A stretch of DNA of 64,000 nucleotides from Acidobacteriota bacterium (GTDB lineage: Bacteria > Acidobacteriota > UBA6911 > RPQK01 > JAJDTT01): NCBI GenBank assembly GCA_965209055.1, contig OZ242374.1, forward strand, positions 4,544,001 to 4,608,000. Reading direction: 5' to 3'. The notes below the pieces were generated by a model. It did no database searches. It had not been told where the DNA came from and saw only the letters and a list, made by a program, of their open reading frames with translations. Made by a program: the position numbers and the translations under genes. Shown piece after piece: positions 18,920 to 30,375 of this stretch (its first letter is position 1; each line of letters starts with the position of its first letter).

Positions 18920-20203
18920 TCATGGGGAGCCGGCCGGCGATCCGTCGTATGCCCGGCTCACTTCGTCCACGATGATGTCGAGTCCGCATTCGATCCGGTC
19001 CCAGTCGTCGGCGTAACTGATGCGAATGCATTCCCGCTTGTGCCGCCAGTCGTCCTCCTCGAGTCCCGGAAAGAAGTAGTGGCCCGATACGACGATGACA
19101 CCGCGCGCTTTGAGCCGTTTGTAGAGCGTGGCGTTGGTCATGGGGAGGCCCGGCATCCAGAGCCAGAGAAAAAACGCGCCCTCCGGTTTGTGAATACGGA
19201 TCGGGTAGTCCTCCAGCCCGGCGCGGAGCCGGTTCACGGCGAGCTCCGCGCGATCCTGGTAGTGGGGCCGGATGACCTCCCGGACCAAAGCCAGGACCTC
19301 GCCGCTCTCGATGAGATCGGTGGCGAGGGCGGGTCCGAGCCTGCCGGGCGACAGGCAGAAGATGGCCGTGGCGGCGGCCAAAGCGGCGACGATCTCCTCG
19401 TTCGCGATGACGATCCCGGTGCGCAACCCGGGAAGTCCGAGTTTCGACAGACTCATGCAGACCACCATCTGCTCGTCCCATACCGGGGTGTCCTGATCGA
19501 AGACGATGCCCGGGAAGGGCGATCCGTAGGCCGTGTCCAGGATGAGGGGCACACCGCGGGAACGGGCGGCGGCGCGAAGCCGGTCGACCTCCAGGTCGGT
19601 GACCACGTTGCCGGTCGGATTGGACGGACGGGACACGCAGATTGCTCCAATGTCCTCGACACCGTCCATCTCCTCGAAGTCCACCCCGTATTTGAACAGC
19701 TTGCCGCCCAGCTCATGGATGGTCGAGCGGCAGGCGGTCAGCAGGCCGGGCGTGAGCCCCAGGTCCGCGTAGCCGATGTACTCCGGCGCCAGCGGCAGCA
19801 GGATGCGGCGCATGCTCCGGCCGGCATCCATGGGGCCGGCCAGGAGATTGAACAGGGGCAGGAAAGCGGATTGGCTCCCGTTGGTCAGGGCGATGTTTCG
19901 CTCACTGATATCCCAGCCCAGTTCTCTCCGCAGGAATCGGGCCAGAGCGCGGGCGAAATCCCGGTCTCCGTCCGGTCCGCCGTAAAAGCCGACCGCCTGC
20001 TCGAACGCCCCTTCGCGCTCCAGTAGCGCCTGCATCCGGCGGCGATACCGCGCGACGGCCGCCGGGACGAGGCTGGGATTGCCTCCTCCGAGATTCATAA
20101 TCGAGCCGCCGGACGCTGCAATTCCACCCAGGTCGTCCATCAGCGACCAGGTCCCCGAGTCACCCAACAGCCGCCGTCCGAACGCCGAAAAATCCATGCT
20201 CAC
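18920..20203 (-). CDS. avtA: Valine--pyruvate transaminase
   Basis: LMDDL, LGGGNP, NIALTNGSQSAF, LPLAPEYIGY, SRPSNPTGNV, SLSKLGLPG.RTG, HKPEGAFFLWLW. Confidence 0.9.
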   Translation of the reverse strand: MSMDFSAFGRRLLGDSGTWSLMDDLGGIAASGGSIMNLGGGNPSLVPAAVARYRRRMQALLEREGAFEQAVGFYGGPDGDRDFARALARFLRRELGWDISERNIALTNGSQSAFLPLFNLLAGPMDAGRSMRRILLPLAPEYIGYADLGLTPGLLTACRSTIHELGGKLFKYGVDFEEMDGVEDIGAICVSRPSNPTGNVVTDLEVDRLRAAARSRGVPLILDTAYGSPFPGIVFDQDTPVWDEQMVVCMSLSKLGLPGLRTGIVIANEEIVAALAAATAIFCLSPGRLGPALATDLIESGEVLALVREVIRPHYQDRAELAVNRLRAGLEDYPIRIHKPEGAFFLWLWMPGLPMTNATLYKRLKARGVIVVSGHYFFPGLEEDDWRHKRECIRISYADDWDRIECGLDIIVDEVSRAYDGSPAGSP

Positions 20204-20225
20204 CTTGAGTCGCGTCCTCCCCTGT

Positions 20226-21518
20226 CTAGTCCACGGCGTTGGCCACGAGCTTCAGGATCCCGTCGTAACGTCCCAGAGCGAGGCTTCCGTCTTCGGACAG
20301 AGCCAGGGCCAGGATGGAATCGGGCTCAGGATCCCAAGCCCCGACGCGAGACAGCGGATTCGAGTCCCAGATTTTGACGACCCGATCGGTTCCGCCGGTG
20401 ACGATCTTCCGGCCGTCCGCAGAGTAGACGATGTGCTCCGTCCCCCTCCGATGCGCCACAACAGAGCGTTTTACCTGCCACTCCTCTCCGTCCCGGACCC
20501 AGATCCGTATGGTCCCGTCGCCCCCCGCAGTCGCAATCTGGCCGCCTTCCGGATGGACGGCCACGCCGAATAGGGGACCCTCGGCTCCGGTCAAGGTGAA
20601 GAGCCGCCGGAGCGAGGCGACATCCCAGACCTTTACCGTTCCGTCCGCCGAAGCGGATACGAGTTCGTTTCCCGAAGGCAGGAAACCGATGGAATAGATG
20701 GGCCCGTTGTGCTCCTCCAAGGCGCCGATCTCGGCTCCAGTTCGGACGTCCCACAAACGAACCACGCGATCGTAGCTGGAACTGGCCAGAAGGCGGCCGT
20801 CGGGACTGAAATCCAATGCGTAGACACAGTCGGAGTGCCCCTTCAGCTCGACCTGGAGCTGGGGCCCGTTCAGATTCCATACTCGAATCTCCCCTTGCCG
20901 GGCGGGAGCTCCGCCTCCGGCCGCCAACAGCTTTCCGTCGCGGCTGAAGCTGAGGCTCCGGACCAGGTCCCGGGGACCTTCGAGACTGTGAAGGGTTCGG
21001 TTCTCAACCAGGTCCAGAAGCTCGACCTGCCGGAAACCTCCCCGCGCCAGCCACTTCTCACTGGGATGGAAAGCCAAAGCGGCGAGCGGGGGCTCCACGT
21101 CGACTTGGGGACGAATATCGGGAATGGGGACCTCATCGTCGGCGGCCGCCGGCGTCGCCGGAGGCCGGGCACTGGCGTCGATCCAGGCTCTCACCAGTTG
21201 GATCTGTTCGGCCGGCAACTGGCCGTTGAGGGGCATTCTGGGCTCGGCCGTTCCCTCCAGCATCCTCACCAGGAGGCTCTGATCTGCATGACCCGCCACC
21301 AAAGGGGTTCCCTGCTCTCCCCCCTTCATCAAGTCCTGGTAGCTCTCCAGGACCAATCCTCCCAGCTTCAGGGCCGAGCTGTGGCAACCCACGCACTCGC
21401 GCTGGAAGATGGGCAGGATATCCCGATTGAAATCAGGTTCGGGCGGCGACTGCACCGCCCCGAGGGTGGAAACCGGAATCAACAGGAGGAGAACCGGGAA
21501 ACAGGCCCGAAACCACAT
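20226..21518 (-). CDS. Planctomycete-type cytochrome c + WD40 repeat secreted protein
   Basis: Signal peptide, F.RDILPIF..CVGCH, RMP, multiple GH...WD repeats. Confidence 0.85.
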   Translation of the reverse strand: MWFRACFPVLLLLIPVSTLGAVQSPPEPDFNRDILPIFQRECVGCHSSALKLGGLVLESYQDLMKGGEQGTPLVAGHADQSLLVRMLEGTAEPRMPLNGQLPAEQIQLVRAWIDASARPPATPAAADDEVPIPDIRPQVDVEPPLAALAFHPSEKWLARGGFRQVELLDLVENRTLHSLEGPRDLVRSLSFSRDGKLLAAGGGAPARQGEIRVWNLNGPQLQVELKGHSDCVYALDFSPDGRLLASSSYDRVVRLWDVRTGAEIGALEEHNGPIYSIGFLPSGNELVSASADGTVKVWDVASLRRLFTLTGAEGPLFGVAVHPEGGQIATAGGDGTIRIWVRDGEEWQVKRSVVAHRRGTEHIVYSADGRKIVTGGTDRVVKIWDSNPLSRVGAWDPEPDSILALALSEDGSLALGRYDGILKLVANAVD

Positions 21519-21556
21519 CGAATCTCGTCTCTTCTCCCGGTCTCTCCCTGTTCCCT

Positions 21557-21853
21557 CTAACCCGCGATTGACCTTCTGACGATGGTTTCTTGAAGTCCTT
21601 TCAGAAGCCCCTCCAGGTGCGCTATGCGCTCGCGGACCGCGGCAATCTGACGGTCCATCTGCGATTGAAACTCATCGAAGCGAGATTCCAGGGCGTCGAT
21701 CCTCCGATCCAAGGCATCGATCCTGCCATCCAGACGCTTTTCCATTCCGGCCATATCCTGACGAAGACCCCGGTTCGTGGCGAGGATCAACCCCGCCAAC
21801 GCAATGCCAATCGCCGCCATCGCCACGAGGACACTGATCAATTCGACGCTCAT
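21557..21853 (-). CDS. Small membrane-anchored coiled-coil protein
   Basis: N-terminal TM then RLDGRIDALDRRIDALE heptads and ERIAHLEG; GGAGG RBS. Confidence 0.7.
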   Translation of the reverse strand: MSVELISVLVAMAAIGIALAGLILATNRGLRQDMAGMEKRLDGRIDALDRRIDALESRFDEFQSQMDRQIAAVRERIAHLEGLLKGLQETIVRRSIAG

Positions 21854-21867
21854 GTTTCCTCCAGTGG

Positions 21868-21896
21868 AACCTACTGACTCGCTCAGATCCTGTCAA
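21868..21896 (-). promoter_or_regulatory. Sigma70-type promoter for the 21853 gene
   Basis: Minus strand TTGACA-17 nt-TAGGTT upstream of GGAGG and ATG. Confidence 0.6.
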
Positions 21897-22000
21897 TTAA
21901 ACGACGGACTACCGTTTATCCATGAGATTTTTCCACCAACAAATTTCTTTCGGCGGCTTCAGATCCATCCCGGGCAAACCATGGCCGGCAGCGCGGTTCC

Positions 22001-22030
22001 TTGACACTGCCTGCGGCGACCGCATAGCCT
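22001..22030 (+). promoter_or_regulatory. Possible sigma70 promoter for the 22049 gene
   Basis: TTGACA-18 nt-TAGCCT. Confidence 0.4.
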
Positions 22031-22048
22031 CGTTTCCGCGAACCTCCC

Positions 22049-24901
22049 ATGACTCGACGCCTCTCGGCTGTGTTCATTCTGGCAATGGCGGCGGCCGCAG
22101 TGTTCCGTTTCGGATCCGGGTGGATCCCTTCCGCAGGAAAGACGACGCAGGCCTCATCTCCTGCGCCTGGCTTCGACCCGTCGCAGCTACACCTCACCGT
22201 GAAGGTCTCGCTTGGACTGAAGGACACGGAGCTGCAGGATTGGAACGGAATCGCCCACCTGAACCGGGGCGATTTCCACCGGATCCAGGGTTGGAACTTC
22301 GACGAGGAGAGGTCCGAGGTGGTTCAGGAACCGAAGATCGCCTGGCGGGTCCGGAGCAAGCGCCCCGACGTGGACACGAGCTGGACCGTCAAGGGACTCG
22401 GGAATTCACGTCCTCGCTACGGCTTCAAGCTCACCCGCCCCGTGGGCGTCTGGCTGCAACTGGACTCGGTCCCGGGAGCCCGGATGGACGTGAACACGGT
22501 GCAGGGAGATTTCCAGGTCGACCTGGACCAGCTTCCGGATACGGATCCCCTGTCGTTTCTGGACGGCGCCGCTTCAGTGGAGAGATCCCCGGCGGCTCTC
22601 CCCGTTTCCCGCTCGCCCGGAGAAGAAGACTACCCGTCCGTCGTGACCGGTCCCGACGGCCGGCTCCACGCGGCCTGGATCCAATACCAGGACGGGGCCG
22701 ATCACCTCTACCACAGCACGCTGGCCCGGAATGGCTGGGGGCCGCCCACCCGGATCCCTTCGGCCGGAGGGGAACCCATCTACGGATCGGTCCTGATCAC
22801 CGGTGGGCCCGGCGAGAGCCTCTGGCTCATCTACAATCAGCTTGCGCGAGACCAGTTCGACCTCTGGGCCCGCCAACTGAAACCCACTCTGGAAGATCCC
22901 ATCCAGTTGACCCGCCACCCGGGCAACGACATCAACCCGGTGACCGCTTCCGACGGCCGGGGGAGAAACTGGCTGGTCTGGCAGGGGCTGCGAGAAGGAA
23001 ACTCCGACATCTACGCCCTCTCCATCGCCGATTTCGGCCGGCTTCCGGACGAGATTCGCGTCACTGAGCATCCCGGGACCGACTGGCATCCGGCTGTCGC
23101 CGTCGACTCCAGGGGCGGGGCCGCCATCGTCTGGGACACCTACCGGAACGGCGACTACGACATCTATCTGAGAACCATCGGCCCCAGGGGCCGCCTGGGA
23201 AAGGTGGAACCGGTCTCGGCCACGCGGCATTTCGAAGCCAACGCGTCGGTGGTCTTCGACTCCCGGGACCGGCTCTGGGTCGCCTGGGAGGAATCGGGTC
23301 CCAAGTGGGGCAAGGACTACGCCCAGGAAAGCAACTTCGCGGCGACCCTGCTCCATTCCGACCGCAAGATTCGGATTCGCTGCCGCAGCCGGGGGAACTG
23401 GCACCGTATGGGACAGGACCCTGCAAGCCGCTTCCTGGACCTGCCTCTCAACTTCCAGGAACAGCCGCGGCTCCTGATGGGACGAAACGGCAACCTCTGG
23501 CTCATCTTCCGCCAATGGACCAGCCGCATGTACCCGGACGAGGTCTGGAACGTGTACGCCGTCCATTTCAACGGTGAGCAGTGGTCCAGACCGCGTGAGC
23601 TGGCCTTCAGCAGCGGCCGATTGACCCAGGAGTTTCCCGCGGCCGCACACCCGGACGGAAGCGTCTGGGTGCTCTATCCCACCGACTACCGCGCGGGCGG
23701 AAACCGGCGCCTGGGACAGTGGGACCTCTGGTCCTCGCGCCTGGCCGCGCCGCCGGCCACTGGCGAGGCCGTGGATCTGCGCCCGGTACCGGCCCCGGCG
23801 CCCGAGACGAGTTATTCGCCCACACCCAACAAGCTCTACGAGACAACGGTGGGGAGCAGGACCTATCGCCTCTATTACGGCGACCTGCACCGCCACACCG
23901 ATATCGTCGGTCACGGTTGGACCGACCTCTCTATCTCGGGTCAGTACCGTTACGCGCTGGACGGGGCGGAGCTGGATTTCATGGCCACGACGGACCACAA
24001 CCAGACCTACAACATGGTGGCGGGCGGGGAGAGGAAAGCCGGAAAGGAGGACGCGCTGGGCGAATATGGCTGGTGGCGGACCCAGAAGGTGGCGGACATG
24101 TACCTGTTTCCGGGCCGCTTCGTGTCCCTGTTCGGATACGAGCGGAGCATGGAATATCCGGGGGGACACCGCAATCTGATCTGGCCCGAGCGGCGCGGCG
24201 AACTGATCCCCGGCGACGTGGGCATCCCTTCGGACAACATTCCGCTGGGCCTCTGGGAAAGGCTCAAGGGGACCGACGGCATCTCCATCCCCCACTCTCC
24301 GTTGGGCCCGCGGGTGAGCTGGAAATGGCATGATCCGGTGAGCCAGCCGGTGCTGGAAATGTACCAGGGCTTCCGCCGCTCCTACGAGCACTCGGACGCA
24401 CTCCCCGAGGAGAGCCGGGGTCCGCTGGGAAACCGGCCCGAAGGACCCCACATGTTGTGGGACGCCCTGGCCCGGGGACACCGCATCGGCGTCATCGCCA
24501 GCTCCGACCATGAATCCACCCACATGTCCTACGCAGGCGTCTGGGCCACGGAGTTCACGCGGGAAGGAATCTTCCAGGGCCTGAAACAGCGCCACACCCT
24601 GGCCTCCACGGACAATATCGTCATCGACTTCCGTATCGGCGACGCCTTCATGGGGGACGAAACCACCGTCTCCGAGACCCCGAAGCTGGAAATCAAGGCC
24701 ATCGGGACCGGACCCATCCGCCAGATCGACGTGGTCAAGGACAACAGGTTCGTCTATCAGACCCGTCCCCACCAAAGGGAGGCATCGGTGACCTACCTGG
24801 ACCAGAACTCCGGACCGGGGACCAGCTACTACTACGTGAGGGTCATCCAGGAAGACGAAATGATGGCCTGGTCTTCAGCGATCTGGGTCACGCGACGGTA
24901 A
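22049..24901 (+). CDS. Secreted beta-propeller + PHP-fold (DUF3604/CehA-McbA-like) metallohydrolase
   Basis: Signal peptide, propeller repeats, YGDLHRHT, TDH, GHRN, IPH, ASSDH, YYYVRV.Q.D..MAWSS. Confidence 0.8.
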   Translation: MTRRLSAVFILAMAAAAVFRFGSGWIPSAGKTTQASSPAPGFDPSQLHLTVKVSLGLKDTELQDWNGIAHLNRGDFHRIQGWNFDEERSEVVQEPKIAWRVRSKRPDVDTSWTVKGLGNSRPRYGFKLTRPVGVWLQLDSVPGARMDVNTVQGDFQVDLDQLPDTDPLSFLDGAASVERSPAALPVSRSPGEEDYPSVVTGPDGRLHAAWIQYQDGADHLYHSTLARNGWGPPTRIPSAGGEPIYGSVLITGGPGESLWLIYNQLARDQFDLWARQLKPTLEDPIQLTRHPGNDINPVTASDGRGRNWLVWQGLREGNSDIYALSIADFGRLPDEIRVTEHPGTDWHPAVAVDSRGGAAIVWDTYRNGDYDIYLRTIGPRGRLGKVEPVSATRHFEANASVVFDSRDRLWVAWEESGPKWGKDYAQESNFAATLLHSDRKIRIRCRSRGNWHRMGQDPASRFLDLPLNFQEQPRLLMGRNGNLWLIFRQWTSRMYPDEVWNVYAVHFNGEQWSRPRELAFSSGRLTQEFPAAAHPDGSVWVLYPTDYRAGGNRRLGQWDLWSSRLAAPPATGEAVDLRPVPAPAPETSYSPTPNKLYETTVGSRTYRLYYGDLHRHTDIVGHGWTDLSISGQYRYALDGAELDFMATTDHNQTYNMVAGGERKAGKEDALGEYGWWRTQKVADMYLFPGRFVSLFGYERSMEYPGGHRNLIWPERRGELIPGDVGIPSDNIPLGLWERLKGTDGISIPHSPLGPRVSWKWHDPVSQPVLEMYQGFRRSYEHSDALPEESRGPLGNRPEGPHMLWDALARGHRIGVIASSDHESTHMSYAGVWATEFTREGIFQGLKQRHTLASTDNIVIDFRIGDAFMGDETTVSETPKLEIKAIGTGPIRQIDVVKDNRFVYQTRPHQREASVTYLDQNSGPGTSYYYVRVIQEDEMMAWSSAIWVTRR

Positions 24902-24956
24902 ACCGGACCCCTCTCACGGAATCTGCGCCCGTCCGGAGCCCCGCCGCCATCCCGGC

Positions 24957-25451
24957 TCAACGAGCCGCTGACGGAGGAATTTCCCCTCCCTCCAACCACC
25001 GGACCAAGGCCTTGCCCGGATCGGCGATCTCGTCAATGGACGTGTACCAGTAGGCCTCCCAGCCCGTCTCCGGCAAGCCGGCGAACAGCATCAGATTGAG
25101 CGGATAGGTTTCACTGTCCGTGCAGCGCCGAAAGTCGTCCCGGAATAGAAACACCGGCTTCTTCCAGGCGATCGCCAGCCCCAGCTCCACCATGACCCCT
25201 TCATCTGGCGGGCAACCGTTGACCACCCCGAAGAAGCCGTCCGCCTCCCTCACGTCTCTGACATCGGCCTGACCGACCCGGTAGGCCCACCCTGGACTTG
25301 AGACGTCCTCCTGCCCGTTTCGCGCGAAGGGTTCCCAGACCTCCGCCCCGATCCCTTCCAGAGCAGCGACCAGACCGGTCAGCGGCCCTTCCTGCAATTG
25401 CAGGGAAAAGCCGTACGGATTGGCCAGGTAAAGAATCTTCCTGAATGTCAT
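24957..25451 (-). CDS. Nucleoside 2-deoxyribosyltransferase family protein
   Basis: YLANPYGF, WEPF, PPDEGVMVELGLA.A..KP, PLNLML. Confidence 0.85.
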   Translation of the reverse strand: MTFRKILYLANPYGFSLQLQEGPLTGLVAALEGIGAEVWEPFARNGQEDVSSPGWAYRVGQADVRDVREADGFFGVVNGCPPDEGVMVELGLAIAWKKPVFLFRDDFRRCTDSETYPLNLMLFAGLPETGWEAYWYTSIDEIADPGKALVRWLEGGEIPPSAAR

Positions 25452-25506
25452 GTTGTTTCACCTGATTTTGGCTCGAGCCGGCCAGAGGACACCGGCTCAT
25501 GGGACG

Positions 25507-27915
<2,409 letters not shown>

Positions 27916-27990
27916 GTCGAAACCAGATCAAGCACCGAAGTGTTCACATCGCGAGGCCCGGCGATGCTTCCACACATATCTTTAAGATCA

Positions 27991-28464
27991 CTAACGCCCC
28001 ACATCCCGAATCGACTTCCCAAATTCGTTTTCCCAGTCGCTGACCATCTCGAAATCGCTCTGGGTCACCCTCCAGGATCCGAACTCCCGCTCCAACAGGA
28101 AGGACTGGCGGGTGTTGCGGTCGTTGTAGACCGTCTCGGTCAGGACGCGGACCTGATCCGGACTCAGTTCCTCCTGGCCCAGAATGGCCAGACCCTTGAC
28201 GGCGCTTCCGCGCCTCCGGAGCCACTCCGACAGCCAGGGCGCCGAGTCCCGCGCCAGCAGGTCTTCCAGGCGCCTTCTCAGGTCTCCGCCGAAGCACTCC
28301 TTGAGCGCCGCGACGTCACCGCGCTCCATGGCCTGAACCATGGCGATCAGGACGTCGTCCGGATTCTCTTCCCTCTCCGTGTCCTTGACGGGGGTCTCGC
28401 GTGTGACGAAATAGAGGAAACAGCCGAGGATCGCCAGCAGGGAGAACCATTTCCTGGGTTCCAT
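27991..28464 (-). CDS. Hypothetical membrane-anchored protein (possible NTF2-like fold), last gene of the ATPase-SPFH operon
   Basis: N-terminal TM, AMERGDVAALKECF, LEREFGSWRV; GGAGA RBS. Confidence 0.6.
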   Translation of the reverse strand: MEPRKWFSLLAILGCFLYFVTRETPVKDTEREENPDDVLIAMVQAMERGDVAALKECFGGDLRRRLEDLLARDSAPWLSEWLRRRGSAVKGLAILGQEELSPDQVRVLTETVYNDRNTRQSFLLEREFGSWRVTQSDFEMVSDWENEFGKSIRDVGR

Positions 28465-28500
28465 CTCCGTCTCCCCGAGGGTCCGCTTCGCCGGCGTCCC

Positions 28501-29424
28501 TCACTCCTCCACGGCGAAGATATCCAGGTCCAGGCCCTGCCGGCTTCCGGCATCGTCCAAAATGACCTTGCGGGTGCGGGGCAGGATCTCCTCCATGGCC
28601 TCCAGGAAGAGGCGCGCCGTGGTGACGGTGGGATGGCGCCGGTATTCTCCCCACAGGCTCAGGAAGTGCTGCGACTCGCCCTGGGACCGGTCCACCACCT
28701 CCCGGCCGTAGATTCGGGCCTGCTGGAGGTTTTCCTGAGCCTGGCCGCGGGTTCGAGGCAACAATTCGCTGGCGTATCCCCGGGCCTCCTGCACGATCCG
28801 GTTCCGGTCCTCCCTGGCGTTGGCCACCTCCAGGAAAGCATCGCGGACCTGTTCGGGAGGACGGACCTGTTCCAGGGCCAGGGCGGTTACGGCCACGCCC
28901 AACGCCAAGCGGTCCGCCTCCTGCTGGAGATCCTCCCGGACACGATTCTGGATCTCGATGCGGCCCGTGGTGAGCACGTCGTCGACCCCCCGGATCGCCA
29001 CGGCTCGAGAGAGGGAACGATAGAGCAGGACCTCCAGGACCCGGGGAAGATCGCGGGATCGATACAGATACCGTCCCGGATCCTGGATGTAGTACTGAAT
29101 GGAGGCCCGGAACTGGACCAGGTTCTGGTCGCCGCTCAACAGGGAGTCGTCCTCCGTCAGGACCCGGACTCCCAAGGCCCGGTCCAGATCGGTGCCCCCG
29201 ACGGTGAGACGCTGGGCCTCATTCGTCTTCAACAGGATCACCTCTTCCAGAGGGTACGGAACCGCGTACTGCAGACCCGGTTGGATCCGCTCCGGAAGCA
29301 GCCGGCCCAACCGCAACTTCACCGCCTGCCGATCGGTGGGGACATAGTAGATCCCGGACGCCACGTACAGGGCGACCAACACGGACGACAGCAGCAGGCT
29401 GTTCCGCCGCAACCAGTTTCTCAC
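28501..29424 (-). CDS. HflK-like SPFH protein (second paralogue)
   Basis: TM + SGIYYV, PGLQY..PYP, LLSGDQN, PPEQVRDAF.EV..ARED, LPRTRGQA, RLFLEAME. Confidence 0.85.
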   Translation of the reverse strand: MRNWLRRNSLLLSSVLVALYVASGIYYVPTDRQAVKLRLGRLLPERIQPGLQYAVPYPLEEVILLKTNEAQRLTVGGTDLDRALGVRVLTEDDSLLSGDQNLVQFRASIQYYIQDPGRYLYRSRDLPRVLEVLLYRSLSRAVAIRGVDDVLTTGRIEIQNRVREDLQQEADRLALGVAVTALALEQVRPPEQVRDAFLEVANAREDRNRIVQEARGYASELLPRTRGQAQENLQQARIYGREVVDRSQGESQHFLSLWGEYRRHPTVTTARLFLEAMEEILPRTRKVILDDAGSRQGLDLDIFAVEE

Positions 29425-30368
29425 CGGGCCAACCTTCCGTTACGCCCTTCGGTCAGCAACTTGAGCAACTCCGAGTCGGCCGAGAGGACCGCGGTGGTCT
29501 TGTCGTCCAGGATCCGCTGGTACGCTTCCAGCGTCCTGACCATCTGGTAGAACTCGGGATCCCGCGAATAGGCCCTTCCGTAGATCCGGGCGGCCTGCGC
29601 GTCCGCCTCGCCCCGGATGATCTCCGTCTGCTTGTAGGCCGCCGACAGCAGTTCCTCGGCCTGGCGGTCCGCCTCGGCCCGGATCTTGCGGGCCTCCTCC
29701 TCTCCTTCAGCCCGGTATTTCTTGGCGATGCGGTCCCGTTCCGCCCGCATCCGGGCATAGACGCTCTCCCGGTTCTGGGTCGGCAGGTTGATCCGCTTCA
29801 CGTCCACTGACGCGATCCGAATTCCGTAACGTTGGCGGGAGACTTCATCGCACTCGCGCGTGAGTTTCTCCATCAAGGGTTCCAGGCGCACCTGTTCCGG
29901 GTCCGTGGCCACCAGCTCGGAGAGCTCGGTCCGGCCCAGATCGGCGGAGACCGACGACCACACGATGTCGTGCAGGCGCATCTCGGCCCCGGAGCGATCC
30001 CCGACGGCCCGCAGATACCGGAGCGGCTCCTGGACCTGCCAGATCACGTAGGTCTCCACCAGGAGATTCTTCTTGTCCCGGGTCAGATACTCGGAAGGCC
30101 GGGGATTGTAGAGATGCAACCGTTTGTCGATGCGCGTGAGCCCCTGGAAGAACCATTTGAACCGGAGTCCCGCCTCCTTGTACTCGGCAACGGGGCGTCC
30201 GAACTGGGTCACCAGGACCATCTCCTCCTCGTTCACCGTGAACAGGCTCCGGTACGCCAGAATCAACAGGACCACGATCCAGAAGACCTTGCTTCGGATC
30301 ACCCTTCCGGTTCCGACCGATTGCCTGCTTTTCTCGCCGTCCGCGGGCGCCTTCACTGGGTAGTGCAT
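29421..30368 (-). CDS. HflC-like SPFH protein (second paralogue)
   Basis: FTVNEEE..LVTQFG.P, LTRDKKN, RMRAERDRIAKKYRAEGEE, DPEFY...RTLEAY; start ATG at 30368. Confidence 0.88.
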   Translation of the reverse strand: MHYPVKAPADGEKSRQSVGTGRVIRSKVFWIVVLLILAYRSLFTVNEEEMVLVTQFGRPVAEYKEAGLRFKWFFQGLTRIDKRLHLYNPRPSEYLTRDKKNLLVETYVIWQVQEPLRYLRAVGDRSGAEMRLHDIVWSSVSADLGRTELSELVATDPEQVRLEPLMEKLTRECDEVSRQRYGIRIASVDVKRINLPTQNRESVYARMRAERDRIAKKYRAEGEEEARKIRAEADRQAEELLSAAYKQTEIIRGEADAQAARIYGRAYSRDPEFYQMVRTLEAYQRILDDKTTAVLSADSELLKLLTEGRNGRLAR

Positions 30369-30375
30369 CTCCGGG

